40,861 bases of DNA from a virus. Lineage: Duplodnaviria > Heunggongvirae > Uroviricota > Caudoviricetes. Each line of letters starts with the position of its first letter. The stretch's first letter is position 1. The DNA lies in IMG/VR virus record IMGVR_UViG_3300042906_000857, positions 131,297 to 172,157 of that record; one strand, given 5' to 3'. The notes beneath the pieces are model-generated. The model was given only the letters and a program-made list of their open reading frames with translations. It searched no databases and was not told where the DNA came from. The translations under genes were made by a program, and so were the position numbers. Of the stretch, positions 27,001 to 36,241 are shown in pieces.

Positions 27001-28237
27001 CTTGCAATACATTTGTTGATGTTCTGCCGGATACCGAAGCATCAGCCGTAGATATGGAATTATTTGCAATTAAATATTTTGTGTAACTTGTATTAAAAAC
27101 ACTAGAATTAGATGTGTTTGTAGATGAAGTTGCTTGTAGAATACGAGTCTCAGTTAAACCATCAACTGTAATTGTTGGTGTAATTATTGCAACATTAGCT
27201 TCAAAGTTATCACTTAAACTATTTGTTGTAAATATTGTGCCCGTAATTACATTCGATGATGACTCTAATGAATCAGTTCTTATGAAATTTGCAACTGCAT
27301 TTACTGTATTCACCGTATTCGCATTTATAATATTACCAAATATTGTATTGGAAATAAAAACATCAGGTGTTGATAACGATAAGTTGGCATTCAATGTATT
27401 CGATGATATAATATGAACGGCATTTATATTGCTTGCTCGTATAAAAGTATTTGCCACCAATGTATTAGTATAAACGGTGCCTGTTATAGATATATTGGAA
27501 GTATTAACCGATGAGTTGGCCTGTACAACATTGGCATATAATGTGTGAACAATGGAAGCGTTCGATGTATTAACTGACGAATTCGCCTGCAATAAATTAG
27601 AAAAGATGCCTGTTGTTGCAGACATTGCTGCAGCATTTATAATAGTATTTGCTTGTAGTGAAGTTGTAGTTATACTTGTATTGGCTTGCAATCTACTTGT
27701 GTGTACAAAAGTGTTGGCAACCAATGTGTCTGTTGTTACATTGGTATTTGCACGTAATATATCAGTAAAAGTTCTACCTGTAACTGTTAAGTTTGCAGTG
27801 TTAACACGTTGTCGTGCTTCTAAGATATTTAATTCTAAATTTCCACCAACTATTAGATCACCACCAACTAACGCATTGTTTGAAACTTGTAAAGCATTAC
27901 CAGTACCGAGAACGTATAAGGTAGTACCAACATTGGCACGACCTGTTGTTGCGATACTTAAACCTGTATTGGTAAATAATCCTTGGCCTTGTAACGTCAG
28001 ATTATTTTGTATCGTTGCAGAAGAACCTACTCCTTGCACCAACAATTCTTTTTGTACAATGATATTGCCATTTGATTGCAAGGCATTTTGAGTGGATTCT
28101 GAAAGATATAATGTGCCAGAATCTTTAATATAATTGCCTTTGCCAAGAGCATTATTCTCAGCAATCAATTCATCAGTTGCAGTCAACCAATGGCCGAATG
28201 TGTTGGCATAACTTAAAGAGGTAATCGTATTAGCCAT
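24005..28237 (-). CDS. Long tail fibre protein with C-terminal peptidase S74 intramolecular chaperone
   Basis: YSDARLKTNV...GVIAQE...PEVV...V.YGNIVGVLIEAIKEL at 24005-24280; shaft with LQANTS, ANAAF and GRIT repeats and one NGVRQ domain. Confidence 0.88.
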   Translation of the reverse strand: MANTITSLSYANTFGHWLTATDELIAENNALGKGNYIKDSGTLYLSESTQNALQSNGNIIVQKELLVQGVGSSATIQNNLTLQGQGLFTNTGLSIATTGRANVGTTLYVLGTGNALQVSNNALVGGDLIVGGNLELNILEARQRVNTANLTVTGRTFTDILRANTNVTTDTLVANTFVHTSRLQANTSITTTSLQANTIINAAAMSATTGIFSNLLQANSSVNTSNASIVHTLYANVVQANSSVNTSNISITGTVYTNTLVANTFIRASNINAVHIISSNTLNANLSLSTPDVFISNTIFGNIINANTVNTVNAVANFIRTDSLESSSNVITGTIFTTNSLSDNFEANVAIITPTITVDGLTETRILQATSSTNTSNSSVFNTSYTKYLIANNSISTADASVSGRTSTNVLQANTSANTQVLSVSERTLVNVLQANTSVNTSNASVVNTTYTNFLVANSSISAPTAFVSAIVYTDNVQANNSANTQTLSVSQLIDANSASAFVNNLSVQSNLSIGGNFVINGTTVYNSNTFTINNGTNTPQISYFEVNRGTGSTNAAIRWNETSKFFDTINVSSNSYYRILTNEQISASLTSTSSTNVASSAVANTLNNTITAANTFLQAAVASAGSYANSGFGAANTADTKAVNSGLYANGAFIKANAAFLAANNVAPQIEPAFSKANSAYAKANSVIATINGSSGSITANSGGITFNSNNGISIDATGANTLTVSTPQDLRTTASPSFASLSLTSPLTASQGGTGASSLSAAFTNMVTEAAGSGTTGYSLVTGGPGNYYWAPGGTGGGGGATPGTTIVSSRLSYSGDSSNNKFTTPTFNNNTQLRAYINGVRQLDSEYSANSSNSKIIFSTAPATGDTLLVEVDGYAVFPYYANNITYGPSTGSISGSANTIQLAIDDIESRKIAKSGGTITGIVLAPTMNANTSNTALATTEFVKNVLNDPVATSGVTYAINTSGNAGTVTNGIYTSVSYANPSWITSLATSKLSGTVGDSNLAEKVTATSTGTAAQVSRFTVDSKGRITSANSVAIAIPTSQITNFPTLAASATTDTTNAGNIISGTLANARLAATGVVANSYGGANKVAQFTVNDRGVITGASDATIQIQKSQISDFPNFAASALTDTTNASNITSGILNAARLPATYAAITGAGFTGEVSVTNGQGKITLSATGDISAYRSGGTTGVIYLSSSGTKYLYNDGSNYYLPGQNLIVNGASVLTAVSGGTITSVYNFKSSQGVAYGGQSGTLAVLGSGVIGDSASMSFHRPGAYAINMGLDADNVFRIGGWSDGAQYRFTADTAGNFIARGNVTAYSDARLKTNVKTIENALDTVGKMRGVTYERIDSGEKGVGVIAQEMKEILPEVVMEAASEQEFMSVSYGNIVGVLIEAIKELKAEIEVLKGQK

Positions 28238-28238
28238 T

Positions 28239-28460
28239 TTAACCTTTTTCTAATAGTTTTATTATCAAGCTTTTAATCTCAGTTAAATCTTGTTTCATGT
28301 CATTTATCTCAGACTTAACCTTATTTATTTCTTCCCTTTGGGCTTCCATCCCACGGCGTTTCGCCAAATACTCATCTAACCCAGTTCTATCTTGGTTAAT
28401 AATGGCACCATTTCTAGTGTCTCGCACCATCTTAGTGCCTTGAACCTTTAAATAACTCAT
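28239..28460 (-). CDS. Small conserved T4-like phage protein (73 aa, C-terminal coiled coil)
   Basis: KV.G...VRD...GAIIN motif followed by a coiled coil; tightly coupled to both neighbours. Confidence 0.8.
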   Translation of the reverse strand: MSYLKVQGTKMVRDTRNGAIINQDRTGLDEYLAKRRGMEAQREEINKVKSEINDMKQDLTEIKSLIIKLLEKG

Positions 28461-28463
28461 ATA

Positions 28464-31400
28464 TTATATTGTTGTGTTAGTATTTGATGGTAAAGCAATG
28501 CATCTCATATCAGACAAGTGAGGAATAACTGTGTTGTCCGTTGTTGTTAATACAATTTTCAAAGCAAATTGACTAAATGTATAATAAGTTTGGCCGTTAT
28601 TACTCAAGTAAGAAACAAATCCTTGGTCTCTGCCTGCTGTTCCTGGTGCAAAAGTATATTCGTGTGTATCATCTCTCGTTAATGAGTACAATGTATCACA
28701 TGTATTAGTCTTTGTCATTAGTTGCCAGTATCCATCATCAAAACTTTGTGTATCATTTCTACTCAACGCTTTGTAGTATACTGATATGTCGGTGCCAACT
28801 GGACGATATGCACCCAAATAAACACTTAAGTCACCAGAATCAAAGCCTGCTTCCAATACAACCTTTTTGGTAATATATTTTGTTGCAGCAGGACCACCTT
28901 GAGTAGAAGTCTCACCTGCCACAATAGCAGTTGCACCAGTTCCTGGTGTGGTATTTGCATCGACAATGGTGATTGTAGGTGTCTGAATATATCCTGCACC
29001 TGGAGTGGTTATGGTTATACCAGTGACTACGTTACCAGTAAACACTGGTGATGCGTATGCCTGTTCACTATCTTTACCTGTTGGTGAAGAAATGGTAACT
29101 GATGTGGTATTCGCATTGTAACCTGTACCACCAGAAATAATCGAAATCAAACTGTTTGACAGTGGACAATTATTAATATCATATTGAATTGCAAACAAAG
29201 TTGTACCAGCATCAGAAAGTACAGGACTCACTGCATCATCTACTGAATACAATGATGCATACAGAGAGAATGATGTTTCGGAATTAGCTCGCAAAACTCT
29301 CTCACCTTTATTATCGTTTAGGTATATGTGGTCAAACATTGTCGTACCATATTTACCTGGATTAATATTTTCTTCAAATGTGTTTGTACCGTTCTGCAAA
29401 GTTGCATCATATGTGTAAGAAATATCTGTACTTGAGGGAACAAAATCAGTTGTTGTCACATTGAAAGCGCCAACTAACATATCTTCATTTGAAATTCCAG
29501 TACCAGTAATATCAACTGTTGTGTTGGCATTTTTGTAGTAATCAATTTGTTCCGCAATCAAAGTTCTTTGTGGCATCTTCTTAGGAAGAACCATTCGCAC
29601 AGAAGGAGTTTGAGTGGTATCAAATTTGCAACGTTCTAGTGTGAACATCATTGCTTGATTTTGATCGGCATCCCAAGTCACTGAATTTTGTGATAAGAAT
29701 AAACCACCAACATATGGTGCCTTAGAAATCTTAGTGATTGAACTTGGATACGGATCACTCGCAAGATTCTTAACAGAAGATGGCAATGCATTATCACCGT
29801 TCGCCGCAGTCCACACCGTATACTCATTTGAATCACTTTTTAATATGAATGCATAAAATGTATTTGGTTTAATATACACAGGAGACTTGAATTTAAATTC
29901 GGTGTAAGATGATGAATCCAAATACTGTGGTGAACTGGAGACTTTAATCTGATTAGCTGGTAAAGTAACAATAGAATTATCTAAAGTGTTACCGTTAGGA
30001 TAACCATTTAATGTTCCAACTATCGAGAATTTCACTGGTGATGAATCTGTTGCTGGTTTAGAAGCAAAAAATACTCTAGCGGAAGAAAGGAATATACCGT
30101 TAGGGTAATTCGTAGCATCAACAAGGAAAGTTTGTGCAACCGGGTCGCTAAAGCCGCCGTTATCGACTGGTCTTGGCACAGGAGGAGGTGGAGGTGGAAC
30201 CAATTGACTATAAAACGAGTTGGTTGCCGTTGTTGAGGTGCTTCTTGTAAGGTAAACGTCTTGTTTTAGTGTTTGAATAAACGTATTCTTTGCGCCAGCT
30301 GGTGATGCACCAAAATCTATATTTTGTTTGTTTGCTTGTAGGCCTTGAGCATAGAATGTACCATCGGCAGTTGTTGTTATTGAACCAACATTGTTGTTGA
30401 TTCTGTTGTCCATGTGAAACTCTCTGGTGCCAGTATGGAATTTATTTTCTGGTAAATTAAATAAACCATAGAAACTACCTTCTTCATTAGTTACCAAAGG
30501 TCCAATGGAGTAAGCATCGTTAACTGCACAAGACATTGCAGGTGCAAATTGAATAACTTTTGATGTTCCATTATAAGATGAAATGACTGCGGATTGTCCT
30601 GCACCTGTTCCGCCACTGATATAGATTGTTTGGCCAACATAGTGTCCATTGGTTGCAGATGCTAATGGTGACAATGTTATTTGTGTTGAATTTGCAACAG
30701 CTTTAACAGTATTACCGTTATGTGCGGTACTAGTTACTATACCTTGACCCGTAGTGGATTGATATGTACCTGTTGCATTAAAGAATGCATTTTGTAATGA
30801 CACACCATTATTATAAGTTGTTGTATTCCCATCCGCAATCACATATAGACGTATATTGGCTGAATTTGGATAATCATATATTCCAACAATCAATCCTGTT
30901 GGTACAAAATTGCCAGCAGAATAATATCCAACCACTTGACCTTCAATGAATGCACCAGCAACATCTGTCAATTCAATTACATTGGCTTTATATGTATAAT
31001 TGTCAACATCAACTGTATCGAAGAAGGCATGCATTGTTGTATTGTATAACATACCTGTAGCTTTAACCACAAGTGCTTGTGATCTTATCCATGGCATTAT
31101 ACTAATATCGGTAATGTAACCATTGTTCAACGCATATGTATTACCAATGTTACTGTATTGTCCTAGTACATTTGTTTGTTGTTGATTTAATGTTGTATTA
31201 TATGTCTGTGTGGTAGTTTGTTGTTGTGTGTTTAGTAAACCAACAGAATTCCATTGTGCATTAATTGTCTGCCATGCAGATTGTGTGGTAGTTTGTACAG
31301 TTGTACCAGAAACGGTCTGCCAATCACCAACCTGTAAGGTGTTTACTGTATCAGAACTTTGGTAAACGTGTAGATTAGGGTCAGTAATTAACAATGATGG

Positions 31401-34400
31401 AGAATAAGAAGTGTCAACCCATGTATCAACGTTTGGTGAAAGCTCAACTGTACCCTTTGCGGTAGTAACTGCGAAAGGATTCAAATTAACAACTCTACTG
31501 GCCAATCTTTGTGCAATTATATTGGTCGATGTGAATGGTAGAGTGAAGTAATTGGTATAACCATCAGATGTTATTGAATAATTTAGTGATGATAATGTTG
31601 CAGCATTTGGATTACCCATGTTGTAAACCATAGCCAAATTCTTCAACGGAAAGTTTTTGACAGTTTGCTTTGCTGTCATTCGTTTTGTTCTACGATTAAT
31701 TGACGCACTGAAGTCTTTAACGCCAGCATCTGAAGTTCCGAAACCAGAAAAGTCATCAACCATAATACCGTTTTTGAATCTGTTCAATCCAAATGCATCA
31801 GAAATTTGCAATGAATTTGTATTCTGTTCGAGTAAATTTAATGCTGTGTAGTATTCGATACGATTGATACGTGTATCCAATGCACCAATATCCGACATTC
31901 TATAACGGCGATGAGTTGATATTTCAAGTGATAAATCGGATAAACCTGTTGCAATTTCTGTTGGTATATAACCTGTGTATGGCTGATGTATTAAATTTAC
32001 CAAGACCAACGCACCATCAGGTTCATTTGGTGCTAATGGATTTATAGAAGGAGAACCTTCCATAATTTGCAGTGCCTTGTCTTTGGTTAGAACCAATTTA
32101 TCTCTACGACCAAGGTAAAATGAATAGTCACAAAGGAAAATACTCAAGTCAGCTGGTTGCAGTACACCCAATCTTGTTGATGATGGGTTAGAATATCTGA
32201 AAGTAAATTGTGTCTGTGCATTTAATCTGGCTGGTCTAAAGTCAATACAATCTCTTAGACGGTAACTTGCACCGTGTTTACTTGTGTAATTTGGTATTTC
32301 TCTGTAATCTTCTGGTGAACTTGAGTTGTCTACGTAAGACATTTTACTAAAGTAACCATCGCCACCTGTGTGTTTGTAGTAGTCTACCAATACAAGAAGG
32401 TTACCAACTGGTTTTACTGCACCTGGACGCAAAGTAATTGATGCATGGTCGTAGTAATTATCTCTTTGGCCGTTGTCAAACGTGTATCTATTCGTAACAT
32501 CATACAATGAATTGGTTAACATTGCTGTTGTTGGTACCACAACGCTGCTGCCTGTGTTTATAATTTTTACAATTCGTTTTACATCAGACAAATACAATGA
32601 TTGTTTATATGATGATGCAAGTATACCTGCTTGTTGAATGTAAATTTGTCCTGTAGAACTCGCAGAATCGTCAACAAAAGTATAAGTGTTTACTTGTGTA
32701 CCTGTTGTCATCGTGGTATTTGCATTTGCGGTTACCAGATTCTTGATTCTCAATATGTGACTGGTGTTTGTTCCGTCAACCACAAAAACTTTAGCAATGA
32801 TTGTTGCGGTAAATGCAGTCAGATCGGATGTAGATGTACTGAAGGTTGCAACAGAACCATCATTGTTCAGTGCAACAGTTCTTGTACTGACTGTCCATGG
32901 AATAACTTGGCCGTCAGTAAGACTTCCGTTTGATTGTTTATCCGTTACGATAATTGTATAACATTGTTCAACAACATCACCGGAAAGAGTTGAATTCTCA
33001 TTACCTAAATGTTTGATAACGCCAGCATAACTACCTGTGTACGCTAAAGAAGCCGACAATGTACTGCCTGAAACGTTAAAGTTTACACCTTTAATTTCTT
33101 GGAATGTGGTGTATGATGGTGAAGATATACTAGAAACATATTGATTACCAATTGGGTAAATCATTTCTGGTACATTTGGATTTTGGAAGATTGTATCTCC
33201 TGTAACTACACCACCTTGTTTGCCTGTGTTATCCATTTTTGCAGAAGCATATACCGTTGCTGGGTAAGAGTCCTTGCTGGCAAATACCATGGACTCAATA
33301 TCTCCAGTATCAAAGTTCAGAACAAAAACGGAAGTAGTATCTGGTATTATACTCCAAGATTGATTTAATATACCAACTCTTGTTAATCCATTCCAAGATA
33401 TGATTGTTCTAGTTTCACCTGCGTTGGTACCTTTAGTGATTGTAATATTAACACCATCATATGCATTGTTTGCTGATGATGTGATGCCATTAGTCATTGG
33501 CAACGTAACAGTAGTTGTAGTAGCAGCATAAACGTTTGCAGACACAGATTTATTTTCTAAATCATATACGTGTGCTTTGAACACATATGTATTCGCTTGG
33601 CCGTTTGTTGGACTACTATCAAATTGTAATCCACGAATGTAAGCACTACCAACCAATGTTGAACTATAAGTTACAGCGTTTGCTTTGTTAATGTTAGCAG
33701 CAGAAACGCAATGCAAATCTACAGTGTTGGCAGTTGTAACGGGGAATGTAAGTGTACCTGAACCACCAACATCACTAACCAAAAAGTAACTACCAAAATC
33801 TATAAATGCTGGTTCGTTATTCTGTGATGCAGTTGTTCTTGCACGATTGGTAATAAGATTAATTGGAGATGGATTCTCAACACGGTGGCCTTGTACGTAA
33901 GCCACACCTCTACCAATATTCATCAAATATTTGTCTGCGTCTGCATCATATGTTTTTGGTGTAAATTTGAAATCTTCAACGACATAATCACCATTAGTTT
34001 CAAAGTCACGTTTTGCAAAGTGGTCATCGATAGCTGAATAGACCGAACCGTCAACCATTTTGTAAATACTGCCAGCTTCCACTCGTACCAATTCAATAAA
34101 CAAAGCGTCATCACCAAAATACAATGGTCTAGATGACAATTGCAAACCGATTACATAACGGTCTGCACCTGGTGCCTGATAATTGGATGCGCCAACTGCT
34201 GGATCCAACAATGAATTGTCATTGGCATAATCAAAAATTGTTTCTGTAATTTCCAGACCAACACGTTTCGATGGTGCGTTGTTATACTTGTCTAAGATGA
34301 TGGTCTGTGGTGAAACTTGTACGAAGTTGCCTAGTACATAGAATACACCTTGTGATATAGAAACAACAGAAGAATTTCCTGTTGAATCACTTGGCATTGC

Positions 34401-34853
34401 TTGACATACTAAATTTGATTCTGCATCATAGATAACTTGATTATCTGTAAATCTTGTACCTGATTTATATGTAACAATCAATGTTGCGGCATCACCTTCA
34501 CCAGCAGTACCAGTGGCCACTGCTGTGGCAACAACTCTAGCAACTATTGTTCCAGTATCATTTCTAATTAATTTGTTAGCAAAACTTTCAACATCAACAT
34601 TAATACCATTGTATGATGATTGTATTTTGATGTACTGAGCACCAAGGTTTGTAGTAACTTGACCGCCGGTTACTGGGGAGTTTTGTTTAAAGATGTTGTC
34701 CGCAAAACTGGTGATTTGATTTTGTAATATTGTTTGTGCTTGAGTTAATTCTCTAGCCTGTACAGCAACACCAGGTTTAAACAATACTCGGTGGAAGTTT
34801 TTTACTCCATCGAAATCGTCATAATATGGATCAACGTTAAAATTTAAAGCCAT
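28464..34853 (-). CDS. Large virion structural protein, VrlC-like (DUF4815-type)
   Basis: NVDPYYDDF...RVLFKPG.AVQARELTQ.Q; APGADR; RI.RIEYYT.L.LLE; RFKNG..VDDF; DPVAQTF; KYITKKV.L; follows gp8. Confidence 0.85.
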   Translation of the reverse strand: MALNFNVDPYYDDFDGVKNFHRVLFKPGVAVQARELTQAQTILQNQITSFADNIFKQNSPVTGGQVTTNLGAQYIKIQSSYNGINVDVESFANKLIRNDTGTIVARVVATAVATGTAGEGDAATLIVTYKSGTRFTDNQVIYDAESNLVCQAMPSDSTGNSSVVSISQGVFYVLGNFVQVSPQTIILDKYNNAPSKRVGLEITETIFDYANDNSLLDPAVGASNYQAPGADRYVIGLQLSSRPLYFGDDALFIELVRVEAGSIYKMVDGSVYSAIDDHFAKRDFETNGDYVVEDFKFTPKTYDADADKYLMNIGRGVAYVQGHRVENPSPINLITNRARTTASQNNEPAFIDFGSYFLVSDVGGSGTLTFPVTTANTVDLHCVSAANINKANAVTYSSTLVGSAYIRGLQFDSSPTNGQANTYVFKAHVYDLENKSVSANVYAATTTTVTLPMTNGITSSANNAYDGVNITITKGTNAGETRTIISWNGLTRVGILNQSWSIIPDTTSVFVLNFDTGDIESMVFASKDSYPATVYASAKMDNTGKQGGVVTGDTIFQNPNVPEMIYPIGNQYVSSISSPSYTTFQEIKGVNFNVSGSTLSASLAYTGSYAGVIKHLGNENSTLSGDVVEQCYTIIVTDKQSNGSLTDGQVIPWTVSTRTVALNNDGSVATFSTSTSDLTAFTATIIAKVFVVDGTNTSHILRIKNLVTANANTTMTTGTQVNTYTFVDDSASSTGQIYIQQAGILASSYKQSLYLSDVKRIVKIINTGSSVVVPTTAMLTNSLYDVTNRYTFDNGQRDNYYDHASITLRPGAVKPVGNLLVLVDYYKHTGGDGYFSKMSYVDNSSSPEDYREIPNYTSKHGASYRLRDCIDFRPARLNAQTQFTFRYSNPSSTRLGVLQPADLSIFLCDYSFYLGRRDKLVLTKDKALQIMEGSPSINPLAPNEPDGALVLVNLIHQPYTGYIPTEIATGLSDLSLEISTHRRYRMSDIGALDTRINRIEYYTALNLLEQNTNSLQISDAFGLNRFKNGIMVDDFSGFGTSDAGVKDFSASINRRTKRMTAKQTVKNFPLKNLAMVYNMGNPNAATLSSLNYSITSDGYTNYFTLPFTSTNIIAQRLASRVVNLNPFAVTTAKGTVELSPNVDTWVDTSYSPSLLITDPNLHVYQSSDTVNTLQVGDWQTVSGTTVQTTTQSAWQTINAQWNSVGLLNTQQQTTTQTYNTTLNQQQTNVLGQYSNIGNTYALNNGYITDISIMPWIRSQALVVKATGMLYNTTMHAFFDTVDVDNYTYKANVIELTDVAGAFIEGQVVGYYSAGNFVPTGLIVGIYDYPNSANIRLYVIADGNTTTYNNGVSLQNAFFNATGTYQSTTGQGIVTSTAHNGNTVKAVANSTQITLSPLASATNGHYVGQTIYISGGTGAGQSAVISSYNGTSKVIQFAPAMSCAVNDAYSIGPLVTNEEGSFYGLFNLPENKFHTGTREFHMDNRINNNVGSITTTADGTFYAQGLQANKQNIDFGASPAGAKNTFIQTLKQDVYLTRSTSTTATNSFYSQLVPPPPPPVPRPVDNGGFSDPVAQTFLVDATNYPNGIFLSSARVFFASKPATDSSPVKFSIVGTLNGYPNGNTLDNSIVTLPANQIKVSSSPQYLDSSSYTEFKFKSPVYIKPNTFYAFILKSDSNEYTVWTAANGDNALPSSVKNLASDPYPSSITKISKAPYVGGLFLSQNSVTWDADQNQAMMFTLERCKFDTTQTPSVRMVLPKKMPQRTLIAEQIDYYKNANTTVDITGTGISNEDMLVGAFNVTTTDFVPSSTDISYTYDATLQNGTNTFEENINPGKYGTTMFDHIYLNDNKGERVLRANSETSFSLYASLYSVDDAVSPVLSDAGTTLFAIQYDINNCPLSNSLISIISGGTGYNANTTSVTISSPTGKDSEQAYASPVFTGNVVTGITITTPGAGYIQTPTITIVDANTTPGTGATAIVAGETSTQGGPAATKYITKKVVLEAGFDSGDLSVYLGAYRPVGTDISVYYKALSRNDTQSFDDGYWQLMTKTNTCDTLYSLTRDDTHEYTFAPGTAGRDQGFVSYLSNNGQTYYTFSQFALKIVLTTTDNTVIPHLSDMRCIALPSNTNTTI

Positions 34854-34862
34854 TTTTTTCCC

Positions 34863-36230
34863 TTAGAAACCTAATACGAATCTGAATTGTTCTATACCGT
34901 CATCACTTCTCTGAACGCCAGCTCGGTTTTCGATGTAAATCATATAACCTGAGTGAATTGCAAAGTTTGGAATGCTATAAGACAACAATGTTCTTGTTAC
35001 TTTTGATGTTTGTCCAAATATTGGACTGTTATTTGATGGAGTTCCCGATGTATTTATCAACTCAATTAGGTTGGAACCAGTATCGAAACTTAAAACAGTA
35101 GCATAAAAACTCGGATCACTTAAAGAACCTTGATAAACAAATTCATCCATCACATAACCCGAATCGGAACCAGGTGCAACAACAATGTTTGTAGTCGTAC
35201 TATAAATTATTCCGTTTGCTGGACTAGGATTGGTTTGTCTAGTTGTTGGGTTCACTATGATACCAACTTGGTGATAGTCAATGTCGGTTGGTATAAAACC
35301 ACCCTCTGAACCATCAAACTGTGAAGTCAACATCACATGGGCACAACCTAGTTCTGAAATATTATCGAACCCATGGCCACCAACTGGTGAAGTTGAAGCC
35401 TGTATGGTTGCATTGGAACCTATTGCAGAGGTTATTGAAACGTTTGCAAAGGTATAATTACTACCAGGACTTGTAACGATAATGTCTTGTATAACACCAC
35501 TTGTTAAGTTCGCAGAAGCTCTTGCACCTGTTCCGTCACCTGTAATGGTAACAAACACAACTGCATTGGCAGGATCGTAACCTGAACCACCGTTCACAAC
35601 ATTGATAACATCTATACTACCTGCACCGGCAGAAGTAATTAGTGGGTTTGGTGTGTTTGAACCTATCTGTACAGGAATCCATTCTCTGTCCATGAATTTC
35701 AATTTCAATCCGGTATCAATGGTGTACATGAACTTCCATTTGTAACCATCGGCACCTTGAAAGATTCTGTTGGCTGAGTATGTACCTGGTTCAAAGTAAG
35801 GTTCATTCACCGATGAACTGTCTGAGTTGTTCCACAGACACTTGAAAACTTGGTCGTATTTGTTCTTAGCATAAAAGTTTTTCAATAAGAAACCATTGGC
35901 ATCCTTACCAAGCATATCAACATCATCACGGTAATAATCATAGACCGTACCTGCGGTCCAATCTATACGTTGTATGACTGGAGATATATCACTTGTCTTG
36001 ATTTGTTTTGCAGCAAATATGTTTTTGTAAATCTGTTTGATAGATTTAACACTTGTTCCTGGTGTCTCAGGATTGGTATCATCGGACCATGGTGATGGTT
36101 TTGCTAAGAAACAATAGTAAGAATTGATTGGCTCAGTGATTGCAGGTGGTATAACTGATACGGGTGCAAAATACAATAGGTCTATTTGTGAGACCGTAGC
36201 CGCATTTGTGAGTATGTTTTTGTTTGCCAT
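34863..36230 (-). CDS. gp8: Baseplate wedge subunit (T4 gp8-like)
   Basis: VIQRIDW..G.VYD.Y, VFKCL.N, EP, DGYKWKFMYTI, P.GGHG, IYIENR...R..D..E motifs; position downstream of gp7. Confidence 0.85.
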   Translation of the reverse strand: MANKNILTNAATVSQIDLLYFAPVSVIPPAITEPINSYYCFLAKPSPWSDDTNPETPGTSVKSIKQIYKNIFAAKQIKTSDISPVIQRIDWTAGTVYDYYRDDVDMLGKDANGFLLKNFYAKNKYDQVFKCLWNNSDSSSVNEPYFEPGTYSANRIFQGADGYKWKFMYTIDTGLKLKFMDREWIPVQIGSNTPNPLITSAGAGSIDVINVVNGGSGYDPANAVVFVTITGDGTGARASANLTSGVIQDIIVTSPGSNYTFANVSITSAIGSNATIQASTSPVGGHGFDNISELGCAHVMLTSQFDGSEGGFIPTDIDYHQVGIIVNPTTRQTNPSPANGIIYSTTTNIVVAPGSDSGYVMDEFVYQGSLSDPSFYATVLSFDTGSNLIELINTSGTPSNNSPIFGQTSKVTRTLLSYSIPNFAIHSGYMIYIENRAGVQRSDDGIEQFRFVLGF

Positions 36231-36234
36231 GTTT

Positions 36235-36241
36235 TATTTAT
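36235..36241 (-). promoter_or_regulatory. T4-like late promoter motif ATAAATA
   Basis: In the 10-nt gap before gp8; very close to the ATG. Confidence 0.45.

Noticed and set aside
30130-30200. Poly-proline stretch before DPVAQTF as an insertion or intein site
   Set aside because: Short linker only; no intein splice motifs or endonuclease signature
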